Source: Fibrobacteria bacterium (GTDB lineage Bacteria > Fibrobacterota > Fibrobacteria > UBA11236). From it: a stretch of DNA of 56,025 nucleotides. Where the stretch lies: the NCBI GenBank assembly GCA_039917895.1, contig JBDSIO010000409.1, positions 1 through 56,025 on the forward strand, in the 5' to 3' direction. The notes beneath the pieces were generated by a model. The model was not told the DNA's origin. It saw nothing but the letters and a program-made list of their open reading frames with translations, and did no database searches. Position numbers and translations under genes: made by a program. Below, in pieces: positions 8,938 through 17,007 of the stretch (the first letter of the stretch is position 1; every line of letters begins with the position of its first letter).

Positions 8938-9741
8938 TTAAGAATACCGGTCGTTGAACCAAGGCTCCGCTGTATTGGAGTATCCGCGCAGTTCCCAGAA
9001 CCCCAACAGATCCTGGGGAATGAACAGGATTTCCTTGATCCATTTCGCGCCTTTCCAGGCATACTTGCGGGGCGTGATCATGCGGACGGGGCCGCCGTGT
9101 TCGCGGGGCAGGTCGATGCCTTCCCAGCCATGGACCAGGAGCACATCGTCGTCCAGGCATTCGGAGATGGGGAGGTTGGTGGAGTAGCCGTCGTAGGCCT
9201 TGATGTGGACATGGGTGGCGTTTTTCTTGAGAATGGCTTTTTCGGCGAGAGTGCGGAAGCGGACGCCGGTCCAATGGTTGTCCATGCGGCTCCAGGAGGT
9301 GACGCAATGGAAGTCGGAGACGTCTTCCACCTGGGGCAGGGCCATGAAGTCCTTCCATTCGAGGACGTAGGGTTGTTCGACGTAACCTTTGACGGTCAGG
9401 GACCACATATCGCGGGGGATGGCGGGTTGCACGCCGAGATCGAGGACGGGCCAGTTCTTGACTTCATGCTGACCAGGAGGGAGTTGGGGCATGCCGTGGC
9501 GGTTGGCCGGGCCGGTTCCCTGCACTTCGGCTTCATCGGCGGCGCGACCGCCGGCCATCAGGCGCATGGCCTGGTCTTTTTCCAGATCCTTGGCATGTCC
9601 CTTCGCGGCGATGCGCATCTTGCCGCGGATCAAGGCCTGGTTGAAAGCGGGATCGGCGGCTTCCGGCGCATCGACCGAGTCGTTCGCGGCGTCTGCTCCA
9701 TTCGTCTTCGGCTCGGGATTTTCAGGCTCTTGGGATTCCAT
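8938..9741 (-). CDS. Sulfite-oxidase-like molybdopterin oxidoreductase
   Basis: SDFHCVTSWSRMDNHWTGVRF, DLPREHGGPVRMITPRKYAWKGAKWIKEI and GFWELRGY are typical of the molybdopterin-binding oxidoreductase domain. Confidence 0.8.
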   Translation of the reverse strand: MESQEPENPEPKTNGADAANDSVDAPEAADPAFNQALIRGKMRIAAKGHAKDLEKDQAMRLMAGGRAADEAEVQGTGPANRHGMPQLPPGQHEVKNWPVLDLGVQPAIPRDMWSLTVKGYVEQPYVLEWKDFMALPQVEDVSDFHCVTSWSRMDNHWTGVRFRTLAEKAILKKNATHVHIKAYDGYSTNLPISECLDDDVLLVHGWEGIDLPREHGGPVRMITPRKYAWKGAKWIKEILFIPQDLLGFWELRGYSNTAEPWFNDRYS

Positions 9742-9818
9742 ATGCGGCCTCCATGGCTGGGCAACGGGTGGCTATCCAATCTAGCAATACCCCGGGAGTT
9801 CCTATCTTTCCCAACCAA

Positions 9819-12110
9819 ATGAAACCGAACCGATTCCTGGAACGCCTCAAAGCCACAGGCGGCGGTAGCCTGCATTCCGCCGCGGCCTATCTGCTGGCCG
9901 TATGGTCGACCCATGCCCTGGTGCGGCTGCTGACGATCTTCCGCGATGACGCGTACGGATTTCCGTTCGTGGGCAAACCCGACTGGTACATTTTCCATGC
10001 CTTCTGCATCGACATCCTGTGGATCATGGGATGGTCCCTGCCGTTCCTGGCCTCCATGCTCCTGCTGCAGGGGATGGGACGGACACGGGGCGCGCATTGG
10101 GCATTGCTTGCCTTGGTTGGGTTCCATTCCGTCTTGCTGCTCTTCGCCGTTTTCGATCAGGAGACCATGCGGTTCCTGGGCATGCATCTAGATCTGGGGC
10201 TGATGTCCACTTATGGGAACGCCTCGTCGATCCGGGAGGTTTTCAAGTTCATCGCCTCCGATGAATCCGTCCGCTATCTGCCTTACCTGATATTCCTCGG
10301 CTGCGTTCCGTTTTCGTTGCTGCTGTTCCGTCTCTTCGCGAAACTGTCCTGGGCCCGGCGGCCGCGCTTCGAAGCCCGCGTGCCCATCATCGTGGCCGCC
10401 GTGGTATTGATCGCGTACGTGTTCCTGAACTTCATCTGGACGGGGGGATTCCGGATGCAGAAACTGAAGCCGTTCACGGCCACGCTGATGGAAGGCCTCA
10501 AACGCAAGCGCGGCAAGCCGCCGGCGCCCATCGCCTTGGCCGCTATGGGCGGCAAGTTCCAAAGGCAATGGCAATTGGAGCAGGGCGACAGCGCCTATGT
10601 CTTTCCCTACCTCGCGCTTCCGTTTTACAAGGTGCCCTTGCAGGCCTACTGCGCCGACGCGGCCACGAGGTCGATTTCCGCAACCGGGAACGCGGCGGCC
10701 AAACAATCCCCTGCCACGGCCGCAACCCTGACGGCAGAATCCGCTTGGACCGATCCGACGGCGCGATGCGCCCGTGATGCCGACGGCGATGGCTCGCTTC
10801 CCGACGTCGATTGCGACGATGCCGATCCCCGTTCGCATCCCGGCGCCAAAGACGCCCCTGGCAACGGGGTGGATGAGGATTGCGACGGCCTCGATGCCAA
10901 CCCCGTGAACATCGTGATGATCCTGATGGAATCCCACCGCGGCGTGAACGCCGGATACCTGCGGCCCTTCGGCGCATTGAAAGGCTTCACCGGTCCCACC
11001 CCGACCCCGGTCCTCGACAGCCTGGCCAATGGACAGTCGCATGCCTGGACCCGCTTCGCCTGTTCCGGCATTCCCACCATCAACGCCCTGATGAGCACGC
11101 ACCTGTCCATCCTGGCGCATCCTACCCGCTACATCGCCAACGATTTCACCACCCTGCGGCACCGCTCCTTCACCGAAGAAATGGGCCGCCACGGCTACCG
11201 CACGCATTTCTTTTCCGCCGCCGATCCCGCCTGGGACGGCCAGGTCCCGTGGTTGCGCCAATGGTACCAGGACATCACCTATGATCGGAGCCGCGAAACC
11301 GACGACGCCATGCTGCGGAACATGGCCGGTTGGATGCGCGACAGCCTGAAAGGCGATCGGCCCTTCCTGGTCACGGCCATGACCAAGACCAACCATTACC
11401 CGTTCAACCCGGAACCCGGCGTACCCGCGACCCCGGACGGCGCCGGGCTGCAGGAAAAGATGCGCGCCACCATGAAATACGCGGACGCGTCGGTGGGCCG
11501 CTTCATCGATTCCCTGCGCAACCAACCCTGGTTCGCGAACACGGTGTTCATCATCCTGGCCGATCACGGCTTTCCCTTGTCCGAACACGGCTCTTCGACC
11601 ATCGGCTTCGGCCTGTATACGGAATCGGTGTGGATCCCCTTCGTGATCGCAGGCACCCATCCCAAATTGGGTCCGGCGGCATTGCATGATTATCCCGCCT
11701 GCCAATTGGACATAGGCCCAACGGTTTTGGACCTGGCCGGAATCCGCGCGGCCAACAACTTTCTGGGCCATAGCCTGGTGCGTCCCGCCACGGGCTTGAA
11801 CAGTGTCAGTTACATCGTACGGGGCGAACAGGGGACTCTGGAGCATGGCGGTTACCGCATCCATGGACCGCTGGGCGAGCAACCTCGGGAGCAGGGTTCC
11901 GAAGTGTTCAACACCTTGGGCGATCGGGTGGAGGCCAATAACCTGTACCCGACCACGGGACAAGCCGTTTACGACTCCTTGCTGCCCTTGCTCCGGAATC
12001 TCGGAGCCTTGAATACCTATGCCGTGGAGGCCAATATCCTGTGGCCGGATTCGACCCGCACAAGCCCTGCGGTCAGCGGTCCCCCGACCGGCTCTCCCAC
12101 CCGCGAATAG
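9819..12110 (+). CDS. LTA-synthase/sulfatase-family membrane enzyme with a Cys/Asp-rich insert
   Basis: The N-terminus is polytopic. The sulfatase core shows NIVMILMESHRG..., TNHYPF and ILADHGFPLSEHG. A DxDGDG...DCDD...PGA...NGVDEDCDG motif lies between the TM region and the catalytic domain. Confidence 0.8.
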   Translation: MKPNRFLERLKATGGGSLHSAAAYLLAVWSTHALVRLLTIFRDDAYGFPFVGKPDWYIFHAFCIDILWIMGWSLPFLASMLLLQGMGRTRGAHWALLALVGFHSVLLLFAVFDQETMRFLGMHLDLGLMSTYGNASSIREVFKFIASDESVRYLPYLIFLGCVPFSLLLFRLFAKLSWARRPRFEARVPIIVAAVVLIAYVFLNFIWTGGFRMQKLKPFTATLMEGLKRKRGKPPAPIALAAMGGKFQRQWQLEQGDSAYVFPYLALPFYKVPLQAYCADAATRSISATGNAAAKQSPATAATLTAESAWTDPTARCARDADGDGSLPDVDCDDADPRSHPGAKDAPGNGVDEDCDGLDANPVNIVMILMESHRGVNAGYLRPFGALKGFTGPTPTPVLDSLANGQSHAWTRFACSGIPTINALMSTHLSILAHPTRYIANDFTTLRHRSFTEEMGRHGYRTHFFSAADPAWDGQVPWLRQWYQDITYDRSRETDDAMLRNMAGWMRDSLKGDRPFLVTAMTKTNHYPFNPEPGVPATPDGAGLQEKMRATMKYADASVGRFIDSLRNQPWFANTVFIILADHGFPLSEHGSSTIGFGLYTESVWIPFVIAGTHPKLGPAALHDYPACQLDIGPTVLDLAGIRAANNFLGHSLVRPATGLNSVSYIVRGEQGTLEHGGYRIHGPLGEQPREQGSEVFNTLGDRVEANNLYPTTGQAVYDSLLPLLRNLGALNTYAVEANILWPDSTRTSPAVSGPPTGSPTRE

Positions 12111-12204
12111 TTCGTTTTAACGGGTTCTAGACGGTTTTTTGGCCTTCTGGAGCGGCCAGCGACCTTGAATTCCCAACGGCTTTATCTATCTTATGCCCCG
12201 CCTT

Positions 12205-12277
<73 letters not shown>

Positions 12278-12290
12278 CCCTTTTCCAAGG

Positions 12291-12322
12291 TCGCCCTCTC
12301 CGGGAACGGAGGGGGCGATTTT
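12291..12322 (+). terminator. Rho-independent terminator after tRNA-Ala
   Basis: Stem tcgccctctccg / cggagggggcga (1 mismatch), loop ggaa, followed by tttt. Confidence 0.6.
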
Positions 12323-12356
12323 GCTTTCCCCCGCTCCGTTCATAACCGCAAACGAA

Positions 12357-12635
12357 TCATAAGCGCCATGGCGCCCTTGTCCGCCTTGAGGGCCGCCTGA
12401 TTTCTGGATGTGTAAGCATCACGCGAGCCAGCAACTCAGCAGGCGGATCGATGGGAAATCGACCAGCTTCCCACCCTTCCAAAGTTCTCTTGGATACTCT
12501 AAGAGCCATGGCCATTTTTTCTTGAGCTAATTTTAAATCCTGCCGTAGCGTTTTGAACTCAAGCGCTGCTCCTCGGCCTAATCCGGAAAACCCGGATTCA
12601 GAATTAAACAAGCGGACATGGGGTGAATTGCCCAC
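12357..12635 (-). CDS. XRE-family HTH protein, antitoxin-like (COG2944/YiaG-like)
   Basis: EFKTLRQDLKLAQEKMAMALRVSKRTLEGWEAGRFPIDPPAELLARVML is the HTH plus the 'WE.GR..P' signature seen in small antitoxin-type regulators. Confidence 0.6.
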   Translation of the reverse strand: MGNSPHVRLFNSESGFSGLGRGAALEFKTLRQDLKLAQEKMAMALRVSKRTLEGWEAGRFPIDPPAELLARVMLTHPEIRRPSRRTRAPWRL

Positions 12636-12865
12636 AACCCTCCTAACCCACCCATTGCAAAAAGGTTACGTATTGAATTAGCGAATTGTGTGGCCAACTG
12701 CGGGGTGAATGCACCCCAGCAGTATGTCACCCCGTAAAAGATTATTGTGCGATTTCCCTTGATTTCGGGGAAGAATACGATTGGCGTCCCTCTTGCTTTA
12801 TACTCTACCAAGTTCATCTCCCAAATTTCTGGAAATGAATGATATCCATTATCTATATCCTCCAT
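12578..12865 (-). CDS. Hypothetical 95-aa ORF, possibly a degenerate HigB/RelE-like toxin remnant
   Basis: It lies upstream of the HTH gene and overlaps it by 58 nt. Only a weak resemblance exists (VFFPEIKGNRTIIFYGVTY versus the HigB 'VFNIKGNKYRLI..V.Y' segment). The N- and C-terminal parts do not fit. Confidence 0.3.
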   Translation of the reverse strand: MEDIDNGYHSFPEIWEMNLVEYKARGTPIVFFPEIKGNRTIIFYGVTYCWGAFTPQLATQFANSIRNLFAMGGLGGLWAIHPMSACLILNPGFPD

Positions 12866-12882
12866 TTTCGAAAGGGATCAAC

Positions 12883-13242
12883 GTGAAATTTCTCAAGTCT
12901 GTTCTCGGTCTCAGTTTGGCTTTGGCCTCAGGTACTCTCACTGGTTGCCTCTCATCGGAAGGGGAAGCCATGGATAGTTCTTCCGACGCATCCCTGCGCA
13001 CACAGGGGAATGTCAATGAGAGCCAGGGTGGAGAGGTGGGCAAAGTGACGATTTGCCATCTTCCTCCGGGCAACCCTGCCAATGCCCACACGCTTTCGGT
13101 TGGATCTCCAGCCGTGAAAGCTCACCTGGCTCATGGTGATTATCTCGGAGCCTGCGTCGAAGTCCCTCCCGTCGACAACGTCCCTCCCGTCGACAACGTC
13201 CCTCCCGTCAATAACGTCCCTCCCGTCGATAATTTGAACTGA
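12883..13242 (+). CDS. Small lipoprotein with an ICHxPPGNP...AHLxHGDxxGxC motif and a VPPV(D/N)N x4 tail
   Basis: GTG 12883 follows AAAGGGA. The signal plus lipobox is KFLKSVLGLSLALASGTLTGC. The core reads VTICHLPPGNPANAHTLSVGSPAVKAHLAHGDYLGAC. Confidence 0.65.
   Translation: MKFLKSVLGLSLALASGTLTGCLSSEGEAMDSSSDASLRTQGNVNESQGGEVGKVTICHLPPGNPANAHTLSVGSPAVKAHLAHGDYLGACVEVPPVDNVPPVDNVPPVNNVPPVDNLN
13162..13233. repeat. 18-bp tandem repeat x4 (gtccctcccgtcgacaac and variants) encoding VPPVDN/VPPVNN
   Basis: The units are 13162-79, 13180-97, 13198-215 and 13216-233. The first two are identical. Confidence 0.9.
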
Positions 13243-13294
13243 AGGAACCCATTTCCTCTCTCTATTGCTACTGGCAATAGCCTAAGACTCAAAT

Positions 13295-13322
13295 GAAAGC
13301 CGGCTCTCGCCGGCTTTCACGT
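13295..13322 (+). terminator. Stem-loop terminator after the lipoprotein gene
   Basis: gaaagccggc-tctc-gccggctttc is a perfect 10-bp stem. It is followed by acgtttctt, a weak T tract. Confidence 0.55.
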
Positions 13323-13629
13323 TTCTTATCCCGCTAAGATCTTGGCCTCAGATAAACCCTAGAGAATGTAGGGTCCCTCCTCCTACAACCTTCTTTTCTT
13401 ATCCCCGGACTCTCCCGGTGGATCCCCAAACTCAACAATTGGGATACTCCAAGCAGTGAAGGGGGATTGGGTCCCTTTGCCCCCAATCCCTATAACGAAT
13501 GGTGGGATGGCCACTTGCGTCGGTTAATGCAAACGCTATTTACGGTTTATGGGGGCATCCCACCCCAAGGTCTAGGCCAATGAGGAAATGAAAGAGGCTG
13601 AATTAGGGCGCGTTCGAGGAATAACCAAC

Positions 13630-13645
13630 TGGCACTCTGATTGCT
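13630..13645 (+). promoter_or_regulatory. Sigma-54 (-24/-12) promoter
   Basis: cTGGCACtctgaTTGCTt has GG and GC separated by exactly 10 nt. It matches the TGGCAC-N5-TTGC consensus and lies about 75 nt upstream of ATG 13720. Confidence 0.6.
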
Positions 13646-13719
13646 TTATAACAATGCAAGTTCGTTTCTGAATACAAGAGAAGCGACTGATGTCAACCAC
13701 TCCTTTGAAAGGGACAAAC

Positions 13720-14139
13720 ATGAAAAATCTCATCTCCGCTCTCGGACTCAGCTTGGCCTTGGCTTCCGGTGTACTCGCTCAAGGTAAGCCCACCAATCCC
13801 GGTGCTCCCCATGACAGCACCGGTAAGGCTATTTCCGCAACCAAGTATGCCGATGCGATGAGCCACCTTCCCGCAGGCGTAGCGGAAAAAATCGCGGCCG
13901 CCCGTGAAGCCGCCAAAGCCGCCAAGGCCGATGTGGATGCCATGAAATCCCAGGGCAAGACGCCCGAAGAAATCCAAGCCATGATCACGGAAAAGAAGGC
14001 CGCTGCCTTGCTCAACCTGCAGAAGGCTCTCGATGCCCTGGACGGTCTGCCGGACGGCGCCAAGGACCGCGTCACCAAGGCTAAGGACGTAGTCACCAAG
14101 CGCCTCGATGACCGCAAGGCCGACGCTAAGAATCCTTAA
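13720..14139 (+). CDS. Small secreted helical protein (Ala/Lys/Asp-rich), unknown family
   Basis: MKNLISALGLSLALASGVLAQG is a signal peptide resembling that of the 12883 lipoprotein. An AAGGGA RBS is present. This is the first gene after the sigma-54 promoter. Confidence 0.6.
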   Translation: MKNLISALGLSLALASGVLAQGKPTNPGAPHDSTGKAISATKYADAMSHLPAGVAEKIAAAREAAKAAKADVDAMKSQGKTPEEIQAMITEKKAAALLNLQKALDALDGLPDGAKDRVTKAKDVVTKRLDDRKADAKNP

Positions 14140-14151
14140 CGGAACTTGGAT

Positions 14152-14183
14152 ATAGGGCGCCGCTCGAAAGGGTGGCGCCCTAT
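14152..14183 (+). terminator. Intra-operon hairpin (possible attenuator or partial terminator)
   Basis: atagggcgcc-N12-ggcgccctat is a perfect 10-bp stem located 13 nt after the stop codon. No T tract follows. Confidence 0.35.
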
Positions 14184-14254
14184 CCGGCTTCCTATCGGGA
14201 ATTGAATCACGGAGGGCGATCATATCGCCCAATTGTCTTACCCGGAGAAGATGT

Positions 14255-14671
14255 ATGTGGAAACCGCGCGACTTACTGTTCATACTTCCTTGCCTACTTC
14301 TCATAGGTTTCTCGGTGGCGCAGGATAAACCGAACGGGCAGGAAACCTCATCGCCACCGAAAGCGAAAATCGATCCGCCATCCGCAAACCATAAGGCGTA
14401 TGATGCTTTATACTCAGATATCCTCATGTCCTTGCCCCGGGATGGCAAGCTAAAAGTTGATTCCGCGAAATACCATGAGCCCAAAGCGAAACCCGCTCAA
14501 TCGGCCAATCCACTTACAGTGGATGAACTGAAAAATAATGCGGCTGAAAAACGCAAAAAGGAGATGGACGAATTATCACCCGAGGTTAAAGGCCGGGTTG
14601 ACAAGATTCTCTCAGACCTTGATAATAGAAGGAAAGAAAAGCAAACGGAATTCAAGGAGCTGAAAGAATGA
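14255..14671 (+). CDS. Small secreted Lys/Glu-rich protein, unknown family
   Basis: Signal peptide LLFILPCLLLIGFSVAQD. A GGAGA RBS is present. The stop overlaps the next start (ATGA). Confidence 0.55.
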   Translation: MWKPRDLLFILPCLLLIGFSVAQDKPNGQETSSPPKAKIDPPSANHKAYDALYSDILMSLPRDGKLKVDSAKYHEPKAKPAQSANPLTVDELKNNAAEKRKKEMDELSPEVKGRVDKILSDLDNRRKEKQTEFKELKE

Positions 14672-15360
14672 AATGGGCAATGCTTGGATATACCATCCTT
14701 TCCCTTACGGTCTCCGTTTTCTCGGGGACTGTTTCAGATCCCAATCTTGGATATGCAATCACCCTGCCTTCAAGTTGGGTCCAGTTGAAAACAAAACCCG
14801 AACAACACTATTTCCGGGACGGTGCGAAACAATACCGTAGCCAGATTTCCATCCTTAAGTATGCCATAGACAATGCCTCCTACCCAACCCCGGAAAGTTG
14901 GACCCAGGCCCAATTCATTGCCTATAAATTGAGTGTCGAGACGTCTTCCTATCCGTTTGGAGCAATTGCTTACTTCGACTCCACATCTACGGAAAAGTTG
15001 GGTACAGCTTGGGCGCCGGAAGCCTTTTCAGTGCTTTATCCCGCCGATGGAACTCCCACCTATTGCGAGTATATGCGATACTGCGCCGTTGGGAGCACCG
15101 GCTATGAAATTTATGCCATCGGCGATTCCACGGACATGACCACGAATGTGGATTTTTACGCAAGCATTATCTCAACCTTGCAATTTTCGACGCCGAACGT
15201 CAGCATCGCGCCACTCATATATGCAAACCCCATCCTAAAAGGGAACGAAGTTCATTTCAATACCTTCGATCTCTCGGGCCGGAAAATCCCGAAATCAATG
15301 CTTTCGCAGGGCTTCCGTACGCTTGCCTCGCAGCGGTTTATTTCTAAAGTATCGCGCTGA
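14668..15360 (+). CDS. Secreted protein, unknown family
   Basis: Signal-like N-terminus MKWAMLGYTILSLTVSVFSG. It has a 4-nt overlap with the upstream gene. Confidence 0.6.
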   Translation: MKWAMLGYTILSLTVSVFSGTVSDPNLGYAITLPSSWVQLKTKPEQHYFRDGAKQYRSQISILKYAIDNASYPTPESWTQAQFIAYKLSVETSSYPFGAIAYFDSTSTEKLGTAWAPEAFSVLYPADGTPTYCEYMRYCAVGSTGYEIYAIGDSTDMTTNVDFYASIISTLQFSTPNVSIAPLIYANPILKGNEVHFNTFDLSGRKIPKSMLSQGFRTLASQRFISKVSR

Positions 15361-15396
15361 ATTCCTGCATTTTGAAGTGGTATAATTAGCTCTATC

Positions 15397-17007
15397 ATGA
15401 TTTTTAACCAACGGAGCGCCCTGTGGGCGTTTCCGATTATTTTTGGATTTCTCTTGTTCCGGTCCGGGTCCGCCGAACCGGATTCCTTTTCCGGCTCTCC
15501 TGCCATTGATCCAGATGGATTTCAAGCTATTGCCATACAGGGAGCGCTTGCCCTCGAAGAAAATAGGCCGGACACCGCCCTGGAACTTTTCATGGAAGCC
15601 CAACGACGTGGTATGTCGAAGGATAGCCTCTACTACTTCCTGGCTGAAGCCGCTCTCACGCACTCTGCCTTAGACACGGCCATGGCATTCAATCTTTCCA
15701 TCCATCCCCCAAAGGAAGGTCCGTTCCGTGAATCGGTTTTGAACCAGAGATATAGGCTATATACGCAAACCGGCTTGAGCAAGGACGCAGAAGCGATTGC
15801 CGATTCCCTATTAAATAAACCGACGCGAGTTTCAAAAAAGAACCATGAGTTCAACATCCTGTTTTCCTCTGGATATAATCGGGAGGACAATTACTCCGCG
15901 ACCGACTATCCATTCGGCACCGACCTTGGCGGCTTCCTCTCCAAGGGGCCGCAATACCGTAACCGAGCCCAACTTCTTTGGCCTCTTCTGCAAACCTGGA
16001 AAATCCCATGGAGCGGAGGCATCGAATACGACTTGATCAAATCCTACGCCAAAGATTCTCTCGACTACCGAGTTGGACTGATATTAAAAGCGGACAATTT
16101 CTTCTACGAGGGAGTAACTCTGGCATTTGCCCCGGAACTGGGAAAGATAACAGGTACGGGATTGGTTTCAGCATACAAGATCGAGTCCTCATACCTTTCC
16201 CTTTCCGAGATTTATATCACCATGATCCAAGGCGGATTTGAATCGGAATGGAACAGCGATTGGGGAAACCGATTTTCCGGATTCTGGGTGTCCTTTTATC
16301 AGGATCGCTCCTTGAGGACAGGAAGGGGAATCAATTATTCGCTTTCCCTTTCGGGTATCCTGGTCGATCCGGTTCACGAAGCAAATACCCAAAAAGTCCT
16401 GTATGTGGATGACGTGACAAAATCGAAGCCTACGCATTACCGCGACAGCAGCTTTCAGGATACCTTGCCGAGTAATGGAATCTCGACCTTCCTCAGGTAC
16501 ACGTCCAACACCGGGCTCAGTCAATCTTCGACGCTATCTCCGCAAGGAGTCCTGACGTTCCTTCCAACTTTCGGATATAGCTTTCCCCTTCCATTTTCAT
16601 TCTCGTGCGAAATTGGAAGCATGTATGCGCTGAATGTTTATCCCAACGACTACGAATGGACGGAAGCCGCCTTGCCGGATAGCTTCGCGGCAGCCTCCGC
16701 AGGCTTCCGGGGATTTGCCAAGAACAAAACCGATGGTAAAGAATATGCGGCGGTTATTATCCAAGAAAACGGAGGCTTCCAAGAGCATTACGGCCAATCT
16801 CCGGCTAGCGCCAAGACACGACTGCGAATCGACCATCAATTAGGCGCTGACTTTTCATTGCGTCGTAAACTTTCGAAATGGGGAACAATCTCCATCGATG
16901 GAATGGCGAAGAGGAACTGGTCGACCCTTGCGGGTTCCACTCCAATCTGGATCCCAAGGTGGGATCTGGGAGTAGCATTCAAATGGCGCCGGGGTTGGAA
17001 TTGGTGA
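15397..17007 (+). CDS. Putative outer-membrane protein: N-terminal TPR-like helices plus a beta-rich C-terminal region ending in an aromatic residue
   Basis: A signal peptide is present. The helical region includes ALELFMEAQRRGMSKDSLYYFLAEAAL. The rest is long and Y/S/G/F-rich with alternating character, ending ...GVAFKWRRGWNW*. Confidence 0.55.
   Translation: MIFNQRSALWAFPIIFGFLLFRSGSAEPDSFSGSPAIDPDGFQAIAIQGALALEENRPDTALELFMEAQRRGMSKDSLYYFLAEAALTHSALDTAMAFNLSIHPPKEGPFRESVLNQRYRLYTQTGLSKDAEAIADSLLNKPTRVSKKNHEFNILFSSGYNREDNYSATDYPFGTDLGGFLSKGPQYRNRAQLLWPLLQTWKIPWSGGIEYDLIKSYAKDSLDYRVGLILKADNFFYEGVTLAFAPELGKITGTGLVSAYKIESSYLSLSEIYITMIQGGFESEWNSDWGNRFSGFWVSFYQDRSLRTGRGINYSLSLSGILVDPVHEANTQKVLYVDDVTKSKPTHYRDSSFQDTLPSNGISTFLRYTSNTGLSQSSTLSPQGVLTFLPTFGYSFPLPFSFSCEIGSMYALNVYPNDYEWTEAALPDSFAAASAGFRGFAKNKTDGKEYAAVIIQENGGFQEHYGQSPASAKTRLRIDHQLGADFSLRRKLSKWGTISIDGMAKRNWSTLAGSTPIWIPRWDLGVAFKWRRGWNW

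Noticed and set aside
10188-11963. 591-aa ORF on the minus strand
   Set aside because: It lies entirely antisense to the sulfatase/LtaS-family CDS, which has clear catalytic motifs. Its product is Arg/Gly/Pro/Ala-rich with no recognisable domain. This is a typical shadow ORF of GC-rich coding DNA.
13162-13233. The tandem repeats here and at 30813-30848, 44367-44402 and 50051-50080, considered as possible CRISPR-like arrays
   Set aside because: The units are 9-18 bp, directly adjacent with no spacers, and mostly in-frame inside CDSs. No cas genes are present.
15378-15386. TGGTATAAT, an extended -10-like element in the 36-nt gap before the 15397 gene
   Set aside because: The motif is visible, but no -35 lies at proper spacing. 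I do not know the promoter consensus of this lineage, and the AT-rich island makes chance TATAAT-like strings likely. I have not reported it as a feature.
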